A stretch of DNA of 64,000 nucleotides. It comes from Lingula anatina. Its lineage: Eukaryota > Animalia > Brachiopoda. Each line of letters begins with the position of its first letter. Positions within the stretch are counted from its first letter, which is position 1. The position numbers were made by a program, and so were the translations under genes. The notes below the pieces were generated by a model. That model made no database searches. It saw only the letters and a list, made by a program, of their open reading frames with translations, and was not told the DNA's origin. Where the stretch lies: the NCBI GenBank assembly GCA_051362555.1, contig CM120640.1, forward strand, positions 64,148,788 through 64,212,787, read 5' to 3'. Shown here one piece after another: positions 1 through 10,995 of this stretch.

Positions 1-170
1 AAAACATTAATTCTCAAATTATATGCTGTTTTATCTTTTTTAAAATCAATTTTACAGAACTTTACGAAATTTTAAAAAGATGTGCACAGTCTAATTGCAA
101 GAGCAATCATCAAAGGGGCATTGTAAACATCAAACCATTCAATGATGAAATGTTCAGTAAATATACTCAC

Positions 171-3100
171 CAATGATATCATTAGATACTTGTACTAGTG
201 CATCAACAATATCATTCTGGGGCTTTGGAATGTTGATTTCAAGAGTGGGTTGCCTGCATGTGAAGATTGTATAATACTATCAGGTTACTAAGGTCTGTTT
301 CTGCTGCATTAAGATAACATCCTCAAATCATTTCAAAATTGATATGAAAATGACATCTAAGAGATCAACATCTCTAAATTTCAGGAGTAAGTTCTTTACA
401 ATACCTTGTACCTCTTCAGCGTTTGCAAATTAATATAAAATATTACTTGTAAGCTATGATTCAAAACATAACCGTGAAATGTTCTTGTACTTTAAATCTG
501 TGATCACTTCTCTTTATTTAAGAATCACCTACCTGCTCATCCTTTTATCTAAATTACTTTTGTCAATGTGCCAGCCATAGCAGTTCTTCTCACAGCCAGC
601 AATGAGGTAGTTTGAGAGGAATACAGTGTTAAGGACATCTCCTCCAGGACTCTGTAGGACAAGCAGCTGCCTAGATACACACAGCACGAGAAAAATTTGA
701 TAAAATTAAAAGGTACTGTGGTAAACTATATATATGATTTAACTGAGAATGAAATAAAAAATACCAAATGCACAAGATTCAGTATTCCTCAAGAAGAAAA
801 AAAGACCCGACATACAGGAGATGATAAACACATTTCCATATTTGTAAACATTCAATTATTTTGATGTGTGATATGGAAATTTCTGTTCATACAAAAGATG
901 TATTCTACCAAACCCAAGGCAGCTATCAGCTGTAACTGTTTGATTGATGGAGGGGCAGACAGGCAGTATATAAAGCATTCAATGAAACTGGTTTGCTGAG
1001 ATTCACTCTAATCTATTTTTATGCATTGGGATGTGACAAGATAAAAGGCATCTAACTGGCCTTATCACACATCTGAAGGTTTAAAATTCACGCCAAACAT
1101 GCTTTATTAGTAAATGCTAACTTGTAAAATGACAACAAAGACCAGGGGCCAGTTAAATTTAATGTTTCTTATCAAAGTAATGTGTAATCTAAGTCACATT
1201 AACATCTGATAGAAAGTCAATAAAATGCCAGAAACGTAAAAAAAAAAGCTTTCTAGCAGACCATTTTGTAATGCTTTTAGCACAATCGGCAATTATGTCT
1301 CACATTCACTGTAGTTTGCCATAAATACTGGATTCAGGTTTTTTTTTTTTTTTTGGGGTGGGGGGGGTGGGGGGGTATAAGGTCATTCTGAATGAGACTA
1401 AATAAACCAGATTACTAACTTGTGTGAAGTTTTATAATCTGGAAAGGAGGGCACACCAATGTCCCATAATATCACTTTGGCATCAGCACCACCACCTGAA
1501 AGCCAAATATTAAATTCAATTAAAATTGGTGATGCAATCCAATGAAAAATAGTATTATAATAGTTAAAACACTCTTTTTCTAGTTTCATAGATGAAAGTC
1601 ATGTACTGAGGAAGAAAAATTATAAGAAGACTGAACATTTAGCCTAGGCACATTTTAAACGAGAGGATCAGAGAGGCGATACCGCCTCCGAATATTGTAC
1701 CACCAGCTGGAGCAAGCGCATTCGTATAGACCCCCACATACACAAAATAAGGGACACAGCCATCAGTCTTTTGCTTGACAAGCTGTAAAAATGCAATCAA
1801 CAAGAATTTTCAAAATATGCAAAAAAATATATCAAAAGTTCATCAAAAGGTAAGTGAAAGGTCAATTTCACAGTAAGATTGCCAGTATATGACTTCCTAT
1901 TCAACTTCAAAAGTAACTTTGGACCTATCTCTGCCAGTTTGGGAGATAAAAGGGAAGCAAAATTTGCAAAGTTCAGTTCGTGGTGAAAAGTAGGTCAACG
2001 GTCAATTTCAAGGTCACATTTAGATTGCCAGTGTATGACTTCCTATTCTAGTTCAGTAGTAACTATGGACCTATCTCTGCCAGTTTTGGATATGAAAGGG
2101 AAGCAAAATTTGCAAAATTCAGTTCATGGTGAAAAGAAGGTCAAAGGTCAATTTCAAGGTCACATTTAGATTGCCAGTGTATGACTTCCTATTCAAGTTC
2201 AATAGTAACTATGGACCTATCTCTGCCAGTTTTGGAGATAAAAGGGAAGCAAAATTTGCAAAGTTCAGTTCATGGTGAAAAGTAGGTCAAAGGTCAATTT
2301 CAAGGTCACATTTAGATTGCCAGTGTATGACTTCTTATTCTAGTTCAATAGTAACTATGGACCTATCTCTGCCAGTTTTGGATATGAAAGGGAAGCAAAA
2401 TTTGCAAAGTTCAGTTCATGGTGAAAAGTAGGTCAAAGGTCAATTTCAAGGTCACATTAAGATTGCCAGTATATGACTTCCTTTTCAACTACAATAGTAA
2501 CTTTGGACCTATCTCTGCCAGTTTGGGAGATAAAAGGGAAGCAAAATTTGCAAAGTTTAGTTCATGGTGAAAAGTAGGTCAAAGGTCAATTTCAAGGTCA
2601 CATTTAGATTGCCAGTATATGACTTCCTATTCTAGTTCAGTAGTAACTATGGACCTATCTCTGCCGGTTTTGGATATGAAAGGGAAGCAAAATTTGCAAA
2701 ATTCAGTTCATGGTGAAAAGAAGGTCAAAGGTCAATTTCAAGGTCACATTTAGATTGCCAGTGTATGACTTCCTATTCGAGTTCAATAGTAACTATGGAC
2801 CTATCTCTGCCAGTTTTGGAGAAAAAAGGGAAGCAAAATATGCAAAGTTTAGTTCATGGTGAAAAGTAGTCAGGCGGCTAAGTCCAAATTTTATCCAGAA
2901 TTGTGCAAAAGATGATAAAAGCATGAAATTTTCCACGATGAATGACCATTGGGTGTTTGTCAACCCCCTGATCCAAAATAGACGAACACCCAATGGTCAT
3001 TTATCGTGGAAAGTTTCATGCTTTTATCATCTATTGCACAATTCTGGATAAAATTTGGACTTAGCCACCTGACTATACCGTACTGCACATTTTGCTTTCA

Positions 3101-6100
3101 CCACCAATATGTACTTTTTGATAGCGTAACTCGAAAACCGTTTGGAATACAAAAAAAACATAGACCACCTCCAGTGTTGGGCTTTACATGCTCTACAAAA
3201 TGCAAAAAAGAATGGGTCTCTAGCATTAACGGTTCCCGAATTAGAGACAGTTTTCAGTTTCGGCATCTTATGGCCGCTACTCCAGTGAAAATACACCGAT
3301 TGACCCCAAATTCACGGAGATGAAAGATGACCTGAAGGGGAACACTTTCCAATAATATTATTGGTTAAGTCTGTGTGGTGTCTGAATAACAGGGCAAAAA
3401 AATTTTTTTCATAAAAATTTTTATTTTTTTGAAAATTTTGGCCCGTTTGACCTTGAAGTAAAGGTCAAAGGTCAAATCCAAGGGCATATTTGAAATCTAC
3501 ACATATGACTTTTGGAAAGCCGTCTGTAGAAATTTTTCCCATAACCCCTTCCGTAGGGTAGATAATTAGCATTTAATTTTGCCATTTTTGGACAAGGGTG
3601 CATTGCAATGAGTGCCACACCCAGACCCTAATACCGGCAAAGCCCAAATTTTACGTGGAACGAGCTGAGATTATAGGTGACCTAAATCCAAGAGATGGGT
3701 ACGGGGGCCTTTACCGTCTAGGAGGAGAAGCGGTAACGGTAGCCGTCCGGCGGAGCCGGCGGAACGATCCGGACGGGACCGAAACCATGTGTACCGCCAG
3801 CGCTAACACTGGTGGTACAATTAATATATTAGAAATTATCTATTCTTACTAAATAACCATGTTGGTTCCTCTGGATGAACTAACAGGCTACTGATATATT
3901 TTGTATGTCCTTTTAGTTCAGCATAGCACAGGTGTTGAGCTGGGTGAATAAGATGAACAATGCCTAGTTTTCCTGAAAATAAATGATACTATCAATTAAA
4001 AGGTTATTACGAAAAGAAGAAAAATAAATGATCAAAACTACAATTGCTTATGTATTGGCAAAATTTACAGCAGCTTGCTTAAAATCAGCATTCTTTGGTA
4101 ACTTTACTTACCCCCAGTGGCCAGTATGTTTGTGCGTTTGCTGCCACGGCCACTGCTTGTACTACTACACACTGTGGTCCAAGCCACAGTGAAAAAATGC
4201 TGAAAGAGATTCAAATAATAAATGATTCAGATCCCATTCTGAATGTTGAAATTGTCTGGGAAATTTGTTGTACTATGCAATCTATGTGCACTTAAATGGT
4301 ATGGTTAAGATTTCCAAAGACAAAAAATATTAGGCATATTATATTTATTAAAAAGTTGTGGTTTAGTGATCTAAAGAGCAATTTTGTTCATCCAAATGTT
4401 TTTCTCCTAAACAGCACATGCTTGGTATAAAGCTAATCAATCAATGTTAAATATTCTATGACAATGGGAATGACTACCCAATTCAGAACACATTGAACTG
4501 GAAAGATAAGAAAAAGTCATTAGTATTAATCAAGAGTAGCTTAGCAGCAAATTACCTCTTTCGGTAGCTTGTAACGCATCATTAGTTTACCAGTTGAGCA
4601 ATCTAAAAGACAGAGTATGTCACCCCCACAAGTAGCCACAATGTTGGTTGTCTCTCCTGCAATGCAAAGTTCATTTTCAGTTACATGATCAAAGTTACAT
4701 TTCAAACCTCATAACTGTATAATTGTTATTCACATAATTTAAGAATAAAGGAACTGTAGAGAGGGCATTTTCACCAAAAAAAATTATTATTTTATATTAT
4801 TTATCAAAGTGGACTGTACTTGCAAAAGAAAGGAGTGCTCCTTATTTCAAGCACCCATCCTCGCTCTGGCATTTTTCTTACCCGGGTTGTCTAATTCTGG
4901 CTCAAAAGCACATTTCCATACTTTGGTTCTGTTGTCTGAGGGATTGTTGTCCTTGGCATGACAGCGGACAAAATGAACAGGATCATAATCTGGAACATCT
5001 GGCTACAAATATATAGAAAGCTAAAATGTTAGCTGTAGTATGTCAATCTTAGATTCACTTTATAATTCCAATTTAAAAGAACCCTTTTGATACAGTATAA
5101 CTATAAGAGGAAATATGACATGCAGAAAACTATACAGATTGAAACACATTGCCAGTTAATAAATTTTTAATATTTCATGATTGCACACCACAAAAAAGGA
5201 TTTATAATAATCCCAAACGCTACCTTAAAGCTTTCACTTCTATTTCCTTACCAGATTTAATATGCACGGTTTGGGCTGTATCTTTGAGAAATGATTTGTG
5301 TTTTCATAATTTTCTTCATCTTCAGTCTCCTCTATCCTGCGACGTTTACGTGGAGACACGCCTGCGTGACTGTTTCCTTGGACTGAATGCATCAACTCTT
5401 GAGCCACACTTTCCAACTGATCAAAACAAAAAATGACTCATAAATAAGCTTCTAAAAATGATGAGTGAACACGGCAAAGTATACTTAGATGAAATCTTAA
5501 CAATTGATGGAAAATGCCTTTGTGTAAAAAGCTACATCTGTAAAACAGTCTGTTGGGAGTATATTGGTATAACTCTTTAACTAAGTGACAATTTTAAAAA
5601 ACCATTTGGGCATTCAGTCAAATATTGATATAAATCGACGTAACAAAACAAAGAAAATTCAGTAATTGACATAAAACATACCATAAATTCTTTATACTTT
5701 AATAAATCTTTGCCCTCTATCAATTTTTGTTTCCTCAGGTCATTCATGAACTGCGATAGAACAGTCTGAAAATTGTTGTTTGTAAGGTTGTCTGTCTTAA
5801 GCTTGCTTTTATATCTAGCTTCCCATACTGATTTGACCTAAAAAGAAAAGCAAATTTACCTGCACCAGAGAAATGTAAAATGTTGAACAAATGCACAAAC
5901 ATTGGCCAAATACATACATTAAGAACAAAAATGTCCAGACCAGTTATGTTCTCAAACCTTTATGTAGCACATTTTAGTATTTGACTGCTGACCTTTTATA
6001 CCTCACCATGTTATTTACTATCATTTTCAGTTTTCTTCTACTAAAGTAGCAGTCTTGGACATGTGACAATTGTACATGTTGTACACATACCCCCATTTTT

Positions 6101-7457
6101 CTTCATACCAAACAGATACATAATATGCAATAGAATTTCAATAATAAAGGGGGGTAGCACGTAATGTCATGAACATCAACTTGACCCGACTGGCTGGCAA
6201 AAAAAAAAGGGTTGAAAAATACATATCTGCTGAAATAAAAATAATTTAAAGGAAGGCACTAAATAAATGAAATATACTTAACTCTCTCTGTTGCTCCACT
6301 ATAGTATATGGACTGTACATCTCATCATCTTGTAACAAGACCTGTCAATCTAGATCATAAGTAGCGTACGTGCAACCCCCTGTACCGGTTTAATGTACTG
6401 GTTTAATTTGGATTACCAACCTGAGACCTAAGTTTAATCCTCAAGTTACTGACTACTTGATGTAATGAGGCCTCTCTGGTTTTGTTATATCTCTGCAGCT
6501 TGGGACACAAGGCCACTGCTATGTACCTGTCTGAAGCCTTCCCAAATATAGGAATTACATTATAAATGAGGTGGAATAATTATATGATTACTCAATGACA
6601 TGTTTGAGCAAGCTTAACACTGTCAATTATTTCAGCATTTTAATGACAGATCTAGGCATTCCAAACAGCCAACATTAAAAATTTTAAAACAGAAAATCAA
6701 AAGTTTAACTCGACTTCAATTCAGTACAAATCCATAAAAGGCTACGAAAACAAAGTACCTTTAGTATAAAACATGATCCTTGTCTTTCTTTAATATATAC
6801 ATAAAATTTTGTTTCCAACTATTTATCTATCTTAGGTCAAAGTAGAGACTTAATTGTGTTCTCAATTAATTTGTCTATTTGTTTATTCATTTCATTTGTT
6901 AAACTGCTACTAGTACTTGAACTTTCATTTACAAGACAATTCTGGGATAATTCCTTACATCTAGATTGTTGTTTTGTGTGTAAAGCTCCTCCAACTTTGG
7001 GAATTGAGCAACAAATTGGATATCTGTCAACTGGTTCTGGCTACAGTCCAGTTTAGTCAGCTTCTTCAGGTTCAGAGATGGGGAGACAGAGGTGAAGTTA
7101 TTATCAGATATGTCCAACTCTTCTAGGTTGGTGAGTCTGTTAAATAAAGCAACTGGGAGGTGGGTTAGTCCCAATTCACTCAGGCTGAAACAAATTAATT
7201 ATAGTGACTCATGCAATTATACTTTAGACAAACAATTATTTGTATTGAAAAGAAAGATGCAGATTGATGTATATTATCTTCTCAATTACTTTTCAAGAAA
7301 ACCTTATTAACTTTGCTTTAGTTGCGCAAACTGAATCATATGATCACATTACCTCTAAAATTTATAGAAATCATTACCTCAGTTGTTTAATATCACTGAG
7401 TTTTTTACATCCTGTCTGGTTGAGAAGAAATTCCTCAGTTACTTCTAAAGCTGACAT
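171..7457 (-). CDS. LRWD1: Leucine-rich repeat and WD repeat-containing protein 1 (ORCA), multi-exon; 3' end lies beyond the window start
   Basis: Phase-consistent GT-AG exons (minus): 7457-7378 (MSALEVTEEFLL), 7184-6959 (LRRs), 6537-6421, 5837-5682, 5416-5252, 5002-4882 (PVHFVRCHAKDNNPSDNRTKVWKCAFEP), 4656-4556 (IVATCGGDILCLLDC), 4199-4112 (HFFTVAWTT), 3972-3850, 1495-1420 (SGGADAKVILWDIG), 670-533, 253-171. Motifs match recalled human LRWD1 (HFLQCHS..WACAFEP, VATCGG, FFSVAWT). Confidence 0.92.
1850..2868 (+). repeat. Satellite-like tandem array, 146-bp unit, about 7 copies
   Basis: GATTGCCAG recurs at 1877, 2023, 2169, 2315, 2461, 2607 and 2753 (exact 146 spacing); units are rich in AGGTCA. 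Confidence 0.95.
2867..3075. mobile_element. Fold-back MITE (about 90-bp arms, about 19-nt loop) flanked by TA
   Basis: TA-GTCAGGCGGCTAAGTCCAAATTTTATCCAG... mirrored by ...CTGGATAAAATTTGGACTTAGCCACCTGAC-TA; truncates the last 146-bp unit. Confidence 0.75.
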
Positions 7458-8439
7458 AATAACTGCAGCCTCTGGCTCTTTCAATTTAACTGTGACCTTC
7501 AAATAATAAATGAAAAAAAAAAAGGAATGAATTCATGCACTAAAGGCAATTTATCTGGCAAGAAGTTTGCTCCACTTCTTGGCACTACATGCTATGCAGG
7601 TAATCCTTATAGCATCCTGTGAACATTACAAACTCCCAGGGGTACAAATATCCAAATCCTGGAGAAACTGTTTGATCTCCATTGCACACTGCAGCAAATC
7701 ATTCACAAATACAGTCATCTTTGACTGTTTCACAAATCAGTTTGATAACATTTTTATCCTTTTTTCCAGCTATATGCAGTAGTGTTAGCACTATGCAGCA
7801 GTGTTAGCATTTGTAATTGACGCCAAATATAGTCTTGAGAATTTCTAATAGAGGGTGTATTGAGATCTTACCTGTGTGGCATGTAAGGCTGAAAACTAAG
7901 GCAAACAACAAGGACGAGTTGCATTGACTGCTTACTATATATTATTTAACATTGTTGAAATCACTTCGAAGAAGGTGTGCATACATACAAACGCAATCTG
8001 AATTTATTCAGATCTTAATTACTTCACTTGTAACTTTTGTCTGTTGTCTAAGGCGAGACGGGATGGGGGGGGGGGGGGTGCTGGTTTATTTTAAAAGTAC
8101 TAGTTGATTTACACACGTTTATAAGCATTATAAGCTAGGCGTGGTGTTGTAAAACACAAATTCTTTGGAATGCATTATCATCCTCTCAGAAAATAAGAAG
8201 CTAAGACGCAAAATGACGATGTTTTTACCTATTAATAGTATTATGTAACAACACAAATAATTCGCATTTTTGAATCGGGTAAAAGATTGAAACCAGGCTA
8301 AATTGTGGTTAATTAAGAGCTTTATGCGAGTTAGATGAACTGCACTTCATACTACGTTTACTTAAAATTATCAGACGATAATACAAGAAGTAAATAAGAT
8401 ATAAAATGTACCAATAAATGAAAGAAAAATCTTACTTCC

Positions 8440-8598
8440 TTTACCTGGTTGATACATTCAGTCCTTTAAATCTCACGCGAACGGAAGTTTTCTTATGCGC
8501 ATGTCAGAGAAAAGTGGCACGCGTGTTTCCGGTCACGAATCAACATTAGGGTAGTGACGAAATTATTTCTTAATTTAAAGCTGTCGATAGCGAAGAAT
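8440..8598. promoter_or_regulatory. Putative bidirectional promoter shared by LRWD1 and ALKBH4
   Basis: CpG-enriched patch between the divergent genes with ETS cores CGGAAGT (8482-8488) and TTCCGG (8527-8532) and NRF1-like TGCGCATG (8496-8503). A minus-strand donor at about 8443 suggests an LRWD1 5'UTR exon. Confidence 0.55.
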
Positions 8599-10307
8599 AT
8601 GGACAGGAAATGTGCTTGTAAAGGTATAAGGACCTGCTTAATCTGTGAAATGCAGCAGCCGAAAAGATATACAGACGAACAGGTAACAAACATACTGTCC
8701 TAAGCCAAATAAAAATGCTTCACTCTCACCTAGTGTTAAAAATTATGCCTTCTTGTCTACCAGGTCATCAGGTAGGTATATCAGAAAAAAAAAAAAAATT
8801 CAAACTGATCAGAAAAACATAATATTCATATCTTCTGAAAGATATTGCAACACAGATTGCAATTCTTTTGGAATTTTTAAAATATTCATACAAGCAACAA
8901 AGATATTGAAGTTTTTTTTTACTGCTATATGCCACCAAGTGTCCTCACTTTTCAGCCAAAAATCTGACCACTGACCAGCGCATCTGTATCTGTCCATATA
9001 CGTCTAAAGAGACCAATACTGGTATGAAATAGAGGGTAATCAAATTAACTATACTTCAAATCGTTAAATTTTCTTGTTTTTTCCATTAGATTGCAAATTT
9101 CCTGAACTTTTAAATGGTATAAATTACACAGCGCCAATAGAGAGATTTGAAAGATCTTGAAAGGGATGTCATACGCGTCCTGTGGGCAGGCCGGTCACAG
9201 CTTTGCCAGCACTGCAGCTGGACAGTGGCAAATGCGGTGCCCCTGGTGCATTGTGATATACCTACAGCAGCTGTTACACTGTGCAATAATATTACAGAAT
9301 TCATGTGCTAACATATTGTTAATGTTATTTCTTTCAGGAACAAAGACAAACTTACCTGTACTGTCCACATTGTTCTAAAGCCTGGTTAGAAAAGCAAGTC
9401 CAATGGACACATTATGGACACTCTAGTGATCACTTCAACACCCAACCCACTGGTGATCTTTGTAGATGTGGTCACTCCAACAGAAAGTGTTTAGATTTCC
9501 CAGGCATCAATCTAATCTTAGACTTCATCACAGACAACGAAGAGGAAGAACTTGTAGTCCAGATGGAAGCGACACCTTGGGTGAACTCACAGTCAGGGAG
9601 AAGGAAACAGGTGGTTGCATTTGTCTTCACCATTAAGGAAGAGTTGAGTTTTGTGAGAAGTTGAAGGTGGCATATCCTCTATGTGATATTTTACATTTCA
9701 GTTATGACTGTGTATATTTATTATGTTTTTACACCAAAACTTAGTAAACTTTTATGACGTGGTTTTTATTGTAGTGAATAATTTTTTTTCTTCTTTTTTC
9801 CAGGACTACGGACCAAAAGCAAATTTTAAGAAAAAGAAATTAAAACTTGGCTGCTTCAATGGGTTGCCAGCTTTTTGCAAAACACTTGTAGAGAGTATGC
9901 AGAGAACTGAACAACTTCGCGATTTTGTCCCAGTGGAACTCTGTGACTTAGAATATGTTCCTGATAGAGGCTCTGCCATTGATCCACATTTTGATGATTT
10001 CTGGCTCTGGGGAGAAAGACTCGTGACATTGAATTTGTTGTCAGACACATATCTCACTTTATCCAAAGATGATCAGCCTGGGGTGGAGGTGTTAGTACTG
10101 ATGCCCAGAAAATCACTGATCATAGTCTCAGGACCTGCTCGTTTTCAATGGAAACATGCCATAAAGAGGGATCATATACAGTCAAGAAGAATTGCCATGA
10201 CCTTTAGAGAACTTACATCTGAGTTTTTAGAAGGTGGGCCACAGGAGGACACTGGTAGGAAAATGATAGATTTGGCTAAGACATTTAGGGGTGTAGCAGT
10301 GGGCTGA
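8599..10307 (+). CDS. ALKBH4: Alpha-ketoglutarate-dependent dioxygenase alkB homolog 4 (3 exons, about 286 aa)
   Basis: Exons 8599-8682 (MDRKCACKGIRTCLICE), 9338-9610 (..FPGINLILDFIT..SQSGRRKQ) and 9804-10307 (DYGPK..GSAIDPHFDDFWLWGERL..WKHAI..RRIAMTFRE). All phase 0; HxD...H...R 2OG-Fe(II) motif present. Confidence 0.95.
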
Positions 10308-10995
10308 CAGTTGTCCTTAATTCAAAGTTAGTACATATACAATTTCACAATTATTTGTAGTTTGGCTCAAGGTTAATAAGTTAAACTGTGAGTTAAGCTC
10401 TACTATATTTTAGTTTCCCTTTTTTTTTTTTTTTGAAAAGCAGGTCTTTATGAAAATAAATGGATGCAAGTTGTGTCCTTTGTAAGAAACCTATTCACAG
10501 AGATGGATTGTTTAATGAACTAGCATAAGCTGCCTTTAATTGTATACTGTAAGTTTATTTTAAGGGTCTAATAGATAACAGTGACTGATGGATTTTTGTG
10601 GTGAAACCAATAAACAGCTCCAGTCATGATTGAAGTATTGTTTTGATAGTAATAAATTACATAAATGAGGCAGTTCAGTTTCCTTTTGTTGAAGAATTTA
10701 TGCTCTCTTAATGAAAAGATAAACTTGAAACAGAGTGTACAAAACCTTGCATATATATATTTATTGACATTTCCTCTTTTTGCATTTTTTTACAGTGGTT
10801 TTGATTTTTAAAACTGATTTGCACATTTTTACACTGAATATTATATATACATTGTAAATAATTAATATACATGCCACTGTATAGATGATGTACATGATTT
10901 AGTCGTTACCACTCTTTGATGTCTTTTGGTCAAACACTACCTCATGCAGTGTTTTGATAAAACCCACCATTTGAAAGTCTTAAAAGTTGGACAAT

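Larger units (their letters stand above)
1657..3824 (-). mobile_element. Non-autonomous Helentron/HINE (pearl/DINE-like) element in an LRWD1 intron, carrying a tandem array
   Basis: 13-bp subterminal inverted repeats ATTGTACCACCAG (1694-1706) and CTGGTGGTACAAT (3809-3821). Partner IR GTACCGCCAG (3791-3800) forms a hairpin at one end; stem-loop GAGGCG-ATAC-CGCCTC (1673-1688) at the other. A/T-rich ends and an internal tandem array. Confidence 0.8.

Noticed and set aside
1850-2868. Regular repeats as a CRISPR-like array
   Set aside because: Units are contiguous 146-bp near-identical monomers with no unique spacers, in a eukaryotic intron with no cas genes.
2793-3323. Similar ORFs on opposite strands (FMLLSS.AQFWIKFGLS)
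   Set aside because: Artefact of the inverted-repeat MITE at 2867-3075.
8809-9304. Antisense ORFs and a small hairpin (TTTGCCA..TGGCAAA) in ALKBH4 intron 1 as a nested gene or snoRNA
   Set aside because: No recognisable domain, no consistent splice phase, and no convincing C/D or H/ACA box layout.
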